Shown: positions 42,259-52,745 of the stretch, one piece after another
Position numbering within the stretch: the first letter of the stretch is position 1
Layout: the number at the start of each line of letters is the position of its first letter
From: Paraspadella gotoi
Lineage: Eukaryota; Animalia; Chaetognatha
NCBI GenBank assembly: GCA_051294375.1
Contig: CM119265.1
Span: 27,780,098-27,844,097, forward strand
Direction: 5' to 3'
Length of the DNA: 64,000 nucleotides
The notes under the pieces: generated by a model
Database searches by the model: none
Told to the model about the DNA's origin: nothing
Seen by the model: only the letters and a program-made list of their open reading frames with translations
Made by a program: the position numbers and the translations under genes

Positions 42259-43130
42259 TATATATATTTTTCTTCCTATTTTTGTCACTGTCTGCCTTTT
42301 CTGAACCCTTTAAAAACGAGTTCAAGCTCTGCAGTGGCTGTACACTTGCCTTCCAGCGGCTGTCCAGCTTTCTTTCTCTCTCTCTTTCTCTCTCTGCCTC
42401 TCTCATTCTCTTTCTGTCTCTCTCTGTCTCTCTATCTCTCTCTGTCTCTCTCTCTCTGTATGATCTCTTGTGTGATCGTTGTTTGAAAAATTTTGATTAT
42501 TTTTTTCCTTTTAAAAACTTTTATTTTAGCCATTTATTCCGCGCTTTTTTTCAATGCAAAATCCCAAATTTACATCCGAGATTTTTGTGGATTTATTCTT
42601 TTTCTTTCTCTCTCTCTTTTTTTTTCTCTCTCTCTCTTTCTCTCTCTTATTCACTCATACACGAATTTGTTTGTTTTATTTATGATGAATGATTCATTGC
42701 GTCAATGAATGACTATCATCGCATCAATGAATGACTATCATCGTATCAATGAATGATTATCATCACATCAATGAATGACTATCATCGCATCAATCATTTG
42801 GTTATTATCACATCAATCATTTGGTTACCATCACATCGATCATTTGGTTATCATCGCATCAATATTTGGTTATCATCACATCAATCATTTGGTTATCATC
42901 ACATCGATCATTTTGTTATCATTGCATCAATTATTGGTTATCATGACATCAATATTTGGTTATCATCACCTCAATCATTTGGTTATCATTGCATCAATCC
43001 TTTGGTTATCATTGATGCTCCGATCCTATTCTTTTAAGATTTTTATGAGTGGTGTTATAAATATATTTCCTCAGAGGGTACATTTCTAAAAAAGCAGTGG
43101 CTCTTAAAATCAATCCCTTAGTTATCATTA

Positions 43131-43590
43131 AAACAAGTTTGAGCAAACAATGTCGGATCTGCCTCCCATAATCAAGATTAATTATTTGATTAACTAATAT
43201 ATCTTGAATTTACATTTGATATAAAAACAAAAAGAAGCATAATCAATTAGTGAAACAGTTCTTTTGTTTTTTCCTGGTAAACTCATTTCCACTCAGACGA
43301 TTCTATCGAAACTTGATTTCCAGCTTAATCACACACTTTCCTACCTACATATAAACTTTCAAGTCAATCCATGAATCCAATCACGAGTAATTAGAGTTTT
43401 TTGCTAAAGTGGGAGTGACGGACAGACGGATGGATGGACGGACGGAAGGACGAATGGACGGACAGACGGACTGATATTTTTTTTGCATAATTTGTGGTTC
43501 TGATATGATATGAATGATTTACCTACACAATTTTGGGGTGGGACCGACGGACCGACAAAGTGAATTATAGAGTCGGAATCTGCTGATAAA
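43131..43590 (-). mobile_element. Short HINE-like family A copy
   Basis: Both subterminal GTCGGATCTGC-type motifs, a (GGAC)n tract and one internal repeat unit. Confidence 0.65.
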
Positions 43591-44219
43591 TTATGAAAGA
43601 CGACTTACAAGGTGACACAAGACATTTGCAAACTTGTGAAGATTTATTTATTCTGAAAGGTTTTTTCTGTTGTAAAAACTTAAATCATTTATTTAACCAA
43701 ATTTGATATTGATTGGTTATGATTTAACTTGGCAATGACCGGGAAAAATTTGCTTTAAAAATCGTCTTTCATTTTAAAACAAATCTTTTTTTTTCAATCT
43801 TTTGTCTTAAATTTATGAACATTTTAAAAAGAACCTTTTTTTAAAAAGCTATCAATATTAATATCTTCTGAAAGCTCTTAAAAATGTGAAGAAAATGACA
43901 TATTTAAGAATATTGTAATATTGTAATATTGTAACAATAAGCTTAACCAGCTTTAGTTTAATCGAGATAATCCAAATTGAAATTATAAAATCCTAAAATA
44001 TACTTTTTTAAATATCTGACCTATTTTCACTATAATGATTTCATCAATTATTGTTTATATAGGTATCATAAAAAAGTTTAAAAAACTAAATTAAAATGGC
44101 TAACAATAATTTAATAAATATTCCAAAACTGCTCTTTAAAAATTTTTAATTTAATAATTATCTTAGTTTGGATTACCTTTTTCTATTTAAAGCTAGATAG
44201 GCAAATTTTTATATTACAG

Positions 44220-44486
44220 TGAAGAGGCTGGTTCTACAGGGCGCCACATCCGCAGCGGTGTCACCTCGTGGCGACAGCGAAACAGCTTTTTCATGTAGTC
44301 CAGAGCTTTGGATCTGGCAGTAGGCCTATGCCTACAGGCGGGTTACCCGGTCCATCCCACTTTCTCCATGACAACCTCAGGGCTCGAACCAGGGACGGAC
44401 ATTTGGATGGTGCATTAGTCCACTGAGCCACTGAGGCACTACGAAAGAAACAGCTTTAATCCATCTGTGGTGATAGGACCACCAGA
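44220..44486 (-). mobile_element. Solo LTR, twister-TRIM family 5
   Basis: TCTGGTGG..CTCTTCA on -; TSD ACAG; A box TGGCTCAGTGG, B box GGTTCGAGCCC, acceptor-like stem GCCTCAG/CTGAGGT. Confidence 0.85.
44291..44371 (-). ncRNA. Type-P5 twister ribozyme (predicted)
   Basis: TCATGGAG AAA GTGG GA TGG ACCGGG TAA CCC GC CTGTAGG..CCTACTG CCAGA T CCA AA GC TCTGG A CTACATGA; T1 = TGG/CCA. Confidence 0.8.
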
Positions 44487-45745
44487 ACAGTATTTTTAAT
44501 TATGCTATTCTCTTAATATTTTTAAAATCTTTCAGAAGATATTAATATTGATACTTTTTTATTAAAGAACTTTTCTCCGCTCATTGCCAAGTCAAATCAA
44601 AACCAATCAATATAAAATTTTGATATATAAATGAATTAAGTTTTTACTACAGAAAAAATCTTTCAGATTAAAAAAAATATTTACAAGTTTGCAAATGACG
44701 ATTTTTTTTTGTGGCGAGCTGTCTTGTGCCACTATAATTATACTATTTGGAAATTTGAACATTTTTTTAGGTCAACCTAAACATTAACAAGTTTTCTCAC
44801 TTATAAATATTATAATTATAATAGATACTGAAAGAATTACAATTTTATTCAAGTCTTTTTTTATCACTCTAGATTGAAGACCTTGTAGCATATTGTAACT
44901 AAGGGAATAGTATCATGGAAAATGGAAAAGTATAGCTATTTTGTAGATGGAGTTATGTCGACTACTTTGACGGTGATGACGCCATCTATCTTTAACTGAA
45001 ATTGGCGATTTCTTGTTGTTGCAATGATTGTTTATTGTTTATTTATGATTGTTGATAAAAGCTATTCCAAATGCTAATTAACAATTGAAATATCTATATG
45101 CAATAGCAAAGCAATGTAAAACAATCAATTAATTAAGTAATCAATTAATAAGGCATTAACAATAATTAATAACGAGTCCACTTGAGTTGATTAGTTTTCT
45201 ATAGATTGATTAAGAACGTTTTCCAAACTTTTATTGAAATAATAAGATAAGGAGAAGAGTAGATGTCAATAACAAGTAAAACAGCTGATTGCTGAAAGAT
45301 TGTAAATGTTCATTTGTTCGGAAATGATAACAGAGCAATTTTACTATAATTACCAGATTTAAAATAAATTCTGTATTGATCAATATTGGCCTCGAATTGG
45401 TATGGATCAATTATGGATTATAATTTTTGGGTTCCATTTTACAGTTCAGTCTTAATAACTAAAAAAAAATGTTAAAACATGTAAAAAGAGAATAAATTTG
45501 AGTTTATCTTTAAACTTATAAAGCCCATCACTTTGATTGATTATGTTGAATATTTTATGATAAATTCTAATTCACTACTTTTATTGCTGTAATAACTGAT
45601 TTGGTGGTAATAACTTATAAGCAGAGAAGTTTCAATAGTATTTTAATAAAAAATACTGGTACTGTAATTGTGTATTGTGAATATGATCAAGATGAGGCTC
45701 ATTATCTTTTATTTATATTTATATTTATATTTGATCTTTTACCAG

Positions 45746-47762
45746 GCGTTACAAACTTCCGCAACTTTTTTTACTTGGACATATGAATCTAAAGAACTCT
45801 GCTTCTCAACAGAGTTTTTCTTTCATGACAGAGAGTCAATAGTACGAGGCATACTTTGGAAAAGAGTTGGTGATGAATTCCAAATTAAACATTTCAATTG
45901 TTATTGCTGGCGTATGGGTGGTAAATTGGGTAGAAGTTATTTTTGTAAATGGAAAATTGATAGAAAGAATGAATTAGTATCAATGGCAATATCTACAATC
46001 AGCCTGGCAAAAAGCGGCCTTAGATTTTAGATATTTAATTATTGATTTTAAATGTGCTGCAACTTTGAGAATGTTTCTGTACTTTTTTGGAATATTTCAG
46101 GGGTTCTACGGTTCATCAGTTTTTTGTGCGATCATCATGGCTAAAGTTAACACATTAAACTATTGGTTTTTTACTTTTTTGGTCCTATTGCCACTCAGAG
46201 TTTTTACTCATTCGAATTATCCAAAGTCCTCTCTTGGATAAAAATTGATGTTAATTTACAAAAAAAAGAATGTAAATTTGATTTCAAAGTTATTTTTTCA
46301 AATTGCTATTAATGCCGTTTGTTAATCTATTTCTATTTTCATTCTTTTCTTACAATGAAAAATTTAGTTGATGCGAAAAAAATATTTACCTGAAAAATGG
46401 GGATTGGCTAAAATACATATTATAATGAGGCAGGAATACAATTTTTTACTTATTATCCTTATGGAAAATACTTTTTAAGAAAGGGCTCTTTCTACAATTC
46501 TTGAATAACTATACTTTACCCTTAGGATTGTACATTATTCAAAATTTAAAGGATCTTCTTTTTTCAAGTTAAATGGTATTTTTAATGTAGCTATTGTAAC
46601 TATGAACTTCTCGCTTTAGACCCTATTTTGCTTGACATTATGATACTCATAGATTTTATTTTATGTCTAAGTTACATTCTCTTTAATCTTTTTGCCCATA
46701 AAAGTCAAGGTAAATTATGGTTTTTATTACTGCCGTTGTTCTTTTGGGCATCAATTCTGTATATTGACAGTTACTATAGTGTTTTTCATGTTAACCTGAT
46801 AGCCTTTTCTCTAGATGGAGAGTACGACAGAAAAGGATTTCTCCGTAATCAAGAACAATGGTCCATAGATATAGAAAAAGTTTCACAGGCTGAAATTTCT
46901 CGATCATTAGTTGCATCTCAATTTAGAGTAAGTAAAATTAAAACCTAATTTCAACACAATGGTATATAATTTCATCCTTGGTGCTTATCTATATCCTAGA
47001 AATTTTGCAAAATCATCGAAAAATTCAATAATCCAAAACTTGAAATTGTTTTTTACTGGGTTATTCTATGGAGCTATAAGTTTATCCATGTGTTTATCTG
47101 GGGATGTATCAGAAATATCTGGATACCAAGCGGCTCATGATTATTCCATTTTTTGCAAATTACCAGAAGAGATGAGAAAACATAAAGAGCCTTTCCAAAA
47201 ATTTTTGGACTTGACTTATACTATTAAAATGTATTACTTTTTATCCTGTTTGTCAATTTTGCCATTTTATAAATTTACACTCCAACGATTGCCGAACGAT
47301 TTTCAAGAAACATGTTGCTGAGAAGCATTTGGAATATAGCTGGAATTTTAGTTATATTTTTGTATGAATTTGCAGCTAAAAAGCCTCCTTTTAGTGTAAA
47401 CCACTGAAACATCCCCAGATTTGAAAAAAATAGATAAATATTATCTATTTCCCTTTTTCAAGAAACTATCACAACAATTGTCTACATACAAAGTTATCGA
47501 CAAATCTGACACAATCGCGGTTTTCTATCATAATAAATTTTGCTCCATACAAAATTCTTACTTTGCATTTCCAAAAACCAACAATTCTTTGGATGATTCA
47601 ATTTTAAAAATCACAAAGTTGATTTCCTCTTATATTCATCATGAAAACAACACTGATCTTTTATTCATGATTATTATTTTTATTCCTGCCATGACTTTTT
47701 TATCTCTTTTTTAATCAATTTGATTTTTTCTTCTGATTTCACGAAGTATTTTCAAAAAAATT
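45746..47762 (+). CDS. XK-related paralog, duplicated exon 4 (frameshifted; pseudogene or sequence errors)
   Basis: accag acceptor; ALQTSATFF...; collinear with 23162-25053 plus 33315-33375, with real substitutions and several single-base indels. Confidence 0.65.
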
Positions 47763-47909
47763 TCACTCATTACGTCGTCGCTCTCACCGTTGCAACTGCT
47801 TCCTCCATCGTTCAAATTATCGTCGTCGTTTCTGTCGATCTCGATCCTGACCGATGAGTCACCCAGAAAGCCAGAATTTTGTTGTTGTAAAAATAGCGTA
47901 GGGAAAGAC

Positions 47910-48010
47910 AACCCTAATCCCTAACCTTAATCCCTAACCCTAATCCCTAAACCTAATCTCTAATCTCTATCCCCTAATCTAACCCAATCCCTAACCGAAA
48001 CCCTAAACAA
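47910..48010. repeat. Telomere-like (CCCTAA/CCTAAT) tract between ~65-bp imperfect direct repeats
   Basis: TCCATCGTTCAAATTATCGTCG..GAGTCA.CCAG at ~47804 and ~48015. Confidence 0.6.
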
Positions 48011-49417
48011 TTAATCCATCGTTCAAATTATCGTCGTTTTTGTTGATCCCGATCCAGACTCTGAGTCATCCAGCCAGGGAGAGAGAGAGCGAGCGAGAGA
48101 GATTCGCTGCTCCATCAGGGGGCATCGAAGAGCATTTCGCCCTATAATCCACTTTGTCGGTCTGTTGGTCCCACCCCTAAATCTTGTCGATAAGTTATTT
48201 AGATAATCTCAAAAAGTTTAATTATTATAAATTATGCTTTGAGACAAGAAAAGTTTTTTGTTTTCACAACAAATTTTAATGAAAAAATCACATACTTGTT
48301 TTGGTCTTAAATTTCAGGGGGGAGAAGAGGGGGATTGAGGGGAAGGGGAGGGGAAGGGGAGAGGAAGGGGGAAGGGGAGAAGAGAGGGAGTGGATTTAGT
48401 CGCATAAGAAACCAAGATTTAGAAATACATATTCGCAGTGAAATAAGTTTTCAGCCTAACTTAACTAATGAGTCCATCTGCTGAAGTTTATATTTTAGTT
48501 TTTATTTTTTATATTATATTTTTATATTATATTTTTACAAAAAAAGTTAAATAATAAAACAATTTTTTTTTTCATTTCAAGTTTTCAACACAACAACAGG
48601 AACAATAACAAAGACAAACCTCAAAAGGAAAACGAAGAGAATTTCCTGATTTGTCGACGTCATCCCTAAAAATATACATAAAACACTTTAATCGACTTAG
48701 ATTAGGGTGACTGAAAAAAAATAATTTAGAATTAATTAATATTTAATTTAAATTAAAATACATGTGATAATCCTTTCTTTTTTCGTTGTTATTTGGTATT
48801 AGAGAAAAGCAAAGTTTTTATAAATTTGTGCAAAAAAATTTATTTTAAGTAGACGAACATGTTTCGGCTTACTTTTTTTTTCTCAGCGATTGAAAATTAG
48901 AAAAAAGTTTCCGCAAAAGAAGAGTGTGAGAGAAAGAGAGAGAGGGTAAAAGTTTTCCAACAAAGTGGTGAGATAGGAAAGTGGTCAGATGTGAGGACAG
49001 GTTGAAGGTTAGGACAGATTAAACGGGTTGGGAAAAGAAGTGAAACTTGTTAGAGAGAGAGAGAGAGAGAGAGAGAAACAACAGGGATAAATAAATAATA
49101 AAGATACGAATGTCAAGAACGGTTAAAAAAGTCAATTTTTAATGGTTAACTGACTTTTAAAAAAATTAACGGTTAAGGAAACTCTATTGTACAGTAGCAT
49201 CCGTCTAGAAATTCTGAGACGGCAAGCTCTGTAACTCGAGTACAAATGATAATTTGAAAGAGAGTTTTTGTCTTGATATGGCTACTCCCCCTTCGGTAAG
49301 CCATTGCTCTACGATCAAATTTGGGACTTCAGAACTTATGGTAAATGGTAACTACAGTCAGATCTGAACCATCCCAAGCTTAGTGTTCCATCCACAGTCC
49401 TAACGACTTCCCTCTGC

Positions 49418-49551
49418 GTTGGTAAAGTGAGACCGTCCTTGGGTAACCGCGCCAGGGACTGGAGGCGTCACTGAGGGTCGGAAGCCCCCAAAGCCGACAG
49501 TGATGATGCCCCATCCCAATGGGTATCATAGGCAACCCGGCTGTTACCATA
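49418..49551 (+). ncRNA. Type-P5 twister ribozyme in a partial LTR (family 3)
   Basis: GTTGG TAAA GTGA GA CCG TCCTTGGG TAA CCGC GC CAGGGAC..GTCACTG AGGG T CGG AA GC CCCC AAA GCCGAC; T1 = CCG/CGG; 3' end GTTACCATA resembles family 2. No tRNA head or TSD found. Confidence 0.7.
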
Positions 49552-50506
49552 ATATCCTTATAAAATCATAAAATTTTAAAATCATATTTTCCTTATTTTA
49601 AGAACAGTTTTGGATTCTTCGGAAAAAACTGAAAAACTTTTGTAAAATATGTTACATGATATTTTTAGGTTAAAGCTGCGAAAAATGACCAAAACGTTTC
49701 ATCATATAATAGTTTCTACTACAAAGTATAAAAAAGTGGAGAATTTAGCTTTTTTTTCCATTTTTGACGCTGAAGATATTGAAATTTTTAATAATATATT
49801 TTATATTTTTGATCTAACTTTTTATGAAGAATCAGAATCTTTAATAAAAATCTTTAAAATTTTTTTAGAAAATTTATGATTTTATAAGAATATTACTATA
49901 AATATATTGTAATTAATGATACTGTTCCCCAAACAATATAAGCAAAATATTTTTATACTCCTTAATTATACTATCTCACGTCTTAATATCCTTGTTTGAT
50001 CACTCAAATAAAATTTATATTCCCCAGTGCTCTACTCTACTAAGCATTCGGCCAAATGATTTTTAAAAAAAGAAGTAATATTTGACTGAGTGCGACAATA
50101 CAAAAAATTACTACAATGAATTAAGAATAATACGTAAATAATCTTTTATATTTTTGTTAAAAGACTATACTTCTTTAAAGCAAAGTCTCGGGTCGATTCC
50201 TTTTGAATTTTATCTGAATTTTATCCCCAGAAAAATTCCGTCATTTAACAATTATCTCCATTCTATTCTTAGCAACTTGTCGAGTCTTTCTTAGTATTCG
50301 AAGTGAACACGAGTTTTTTTATTTCTATTATTAGCATTGTTGTGGTCCCTCTGTCAGTGACACTGCTTTTCATTATGTTAATACTGTTTTTGATATTAAT
50401 AAAAACAAGTTGTCAAAACGGACGATTATCTGAACCAATCAGCGGGTTTTTTTCATTTTGGGAAATTCTCCGATGTGTGCATATTGCGCCTATATAAAGA
50501 ATACCT

Positions 50507-51243
50507 TGTGGCAGCAAGACTTAAAGCTGCCTCACTGCTGTCCGTCCTCAGCCTCGTCTCAATGGCTGAGCAGGCTAAATCATCTCATTCCATTCCGTGC
50601 GTCCCGGGTTCAATCCCTGGTTATCCCGGTTCTGGCTTAAATGTGACGGTGCCGGTATAAACATGCCAGTGACAGGAGGCGGTCACTGAGGGTCCGCAGC
50701 CCCTGCGCCAGTTGGTGAGATACCCCGCGCCCCGGGTATCACAGGCTATCCTCCGTTGCCATAAGTGGTGAGCCCTACTCTCGAACACGCAACCGCTGCG
50801 CACCGTGTGCCCACGCTTACGTCGCTTAGGGTATGCATATCACGCCTATGCCCTACTTCTCTGGTAACGCTCCAGACTCGCTCGCTCGCTCGCCGCTCGC
50901 TCTCACTATGGCAATGAGATCAAAACCTTCTCTCAGACATCTCCTCAGGATTGAGGCCCCTGTGGAGAAGTCTGGTGGGGGGATCCTGTGGCAGCAAGAC
51001 TTAAAGCTGCCTCACTGCTGTCCGTCCTTAACCTCGTCTCAATGGCTGAGCAGGCTAAATCATCTCATTCCATCCGTGCGTCCCGGGTTCAATCCCTGGG
51101 TATCCCGGTTCTGGCTTAACTGTGACGGTGCCGGTATAAACATGCCAGTGACAGGAGGCGGTCACTGAGGGTCCGCAGCCCCTACGCCAGTTGGTGAGAT
51201 ACCCCGCGCCCCGGGTATCACAGGCTATCCTCCCGTTGCCATA
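50507..51243 (+). mobile_element. Two-LTR twister-TRIM family 2
   Basis: 257-bp LTRs 50507-50763 and 50987-51243; perfect TSD ACCT; PBS TGGTGAGCCC 50766-50775; G-rich PPT before LTR2; A box 50563-50574, B box 50607-50617. Confidence 0.92.
50632..50711 (+). ncRNA. Type-P5 twister ribozyme (predicted); second copy at 51111-51190
   Basis: CTGGC TTAA ATGT GA CGG TGCCGGTA TAA ACAT GC CAGTGAC..GTCACTG AGGG T CCG CA GC CCCT GC GCCAG; perfect P2 ACAT/ATGT. Confidence 0.85.
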
Positions 51244-51478
51244 ACCTTGAAAGACGAGTTGACTATCTCCTTTCTCCTTCAACTCTTCCGTTTTAATTTG
51301 TTTTATATTATCTTATTTATATAAAATAAGATTAAATATATTGTAGTTTCTCTTTCCCTTACAAGACAGCGAAAATAATTTATTTTACTTCATATTTATA
51401 CGAGTATTGCTCCAATAATTATAATTGTTAAATTCCTCGAATCAAATTTTAGTATCTAAGAGCTCCATTCTAATATGT

Positions 51479-52137
51479 TGAAGAGACAGTAATTATTGTT
51501 ATGAGTTAGTGATAGAACCGTTCAATATAAGCAGTCCCTGAGCTTCGGATGAGGCTGTAACACCGTGTTACAGGCGGGTTAAGCGCCCCGGCCCTCTTAA
51601 CTGCCAGACGACCACCGGGCTAGAACCCCGGACCTTTGGGTTGGGAGGTGAATGTCTTGCCTCTGGCACCAATGGCCGCTGATGAACGGTTGATGGATTG
51701 TAGTCCACCATACATCCCCCCCTCCCGTAGGGAGAAGTCTGTTGCGTCTTTCCAGTGAATTGTTGTTGTTGTTGGTGGAAAGTTTGTCACCAAGTTGAGG
51801 CATGTCGCCTGATGTGTTGTGGGCGGAAAGTGCATCGCCAGGTTGAGGCATGTCGCCTGAAAGTGTTGTTGTTGCTGTTGTGTTCGGAAGTCGGGCTAAC
51901 CAATGAAGAGACAGTAATTATTGTTATGAGTTAGTGACAGAACCGTTAAATATAAGCAGTCACTGAGCTTCGGATCAGGCTGTAATACCGTGTTACAGGC
52001 GGGTTAACCGCCCCGTCCCTCTTAACTGCCAGACGACCACCGGGCTAGAACCCCGGACCTTTGGGTTGGGAGGCGAATGTCTTGCCTCCGGAACCAATGG
52101 CCGCTGATGAACGGTTGGTGGATTGTAGTCCACCATA
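51479..52137 (-). mobile_element. Two-LTR twister-TRIM family 1
   Basis: LTRs 51904-52137 and 51479-51712; PBS TGGTTAGCCCGAC (51902-51890); PPT GGGAGGGGGGGA; no matching TSD. Confidence 0.85.
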
Positions 52138-52412
52138 GGATAATGTTTTTTAGCTGACTTTAAAATGTGTGGATATTGTTTTTTAGCTATAATTCAATTG
52201 TTAGAAGTTTGCTTTTCAGCTTTCATGCTTTTATACTCTCATTCAGTTAAGAGAAGTTTGCTCTTTTGCTGTTATGATTGAGAGACTATTACATAATTTA
52301 TCAGTGTATAAAATTTTAAGTGCCTTTTAAGTTTGAAAAAGTTTGATTAAAATGAGATTTTTATGAAAAATTGATAACTTTTAACATAATAGACTATTTT
52401 TCTTTCTTTCAG

Positions 52413-52543
52413 ATGGTTTACTCGGTACTATACTGCAAATGCCTCAGTAAAGTCGAAGTCCTCAGTTTCTTAATCGCTTGCATTGGAATCGTCTTTGTCT
52501 CACGACCAACTTTTGTTTTTGGAAATTGGAGTACGTGTTAGAA

Positions 52544-52574
<31 letters not shown>

Positions 52575-52710
52575 TTGTCTGACTGTTTGTAATGTATGTG
52601 CCATTTTTTCTGACACTATGACTGCCTGTTTTTCGTTCAGTCTGTCTTTCCCCCCTGTGTGCATGGATGAATTTGAATCAATCTTTCATTACTTTTTATC
52701 ATTTTCTCTC

Positions 52711-52745
<35 letters not shown>

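Larger units (their letters stand above)
41377..43036 (+). mobile_element. HINE-like element, family B, second copy (hosts a solo LTR)
   Basis: Collinear with 39702-40852. Confidence 0.65.

Noticed and set aside
44219-44285. TGAAGAG...CGAAAC hammerhead-like or HDV-like motif on + of family 5
   Set aside because: The core C is missing (GTGAAGA), and I could not build the required stems or nested pseudoknot.
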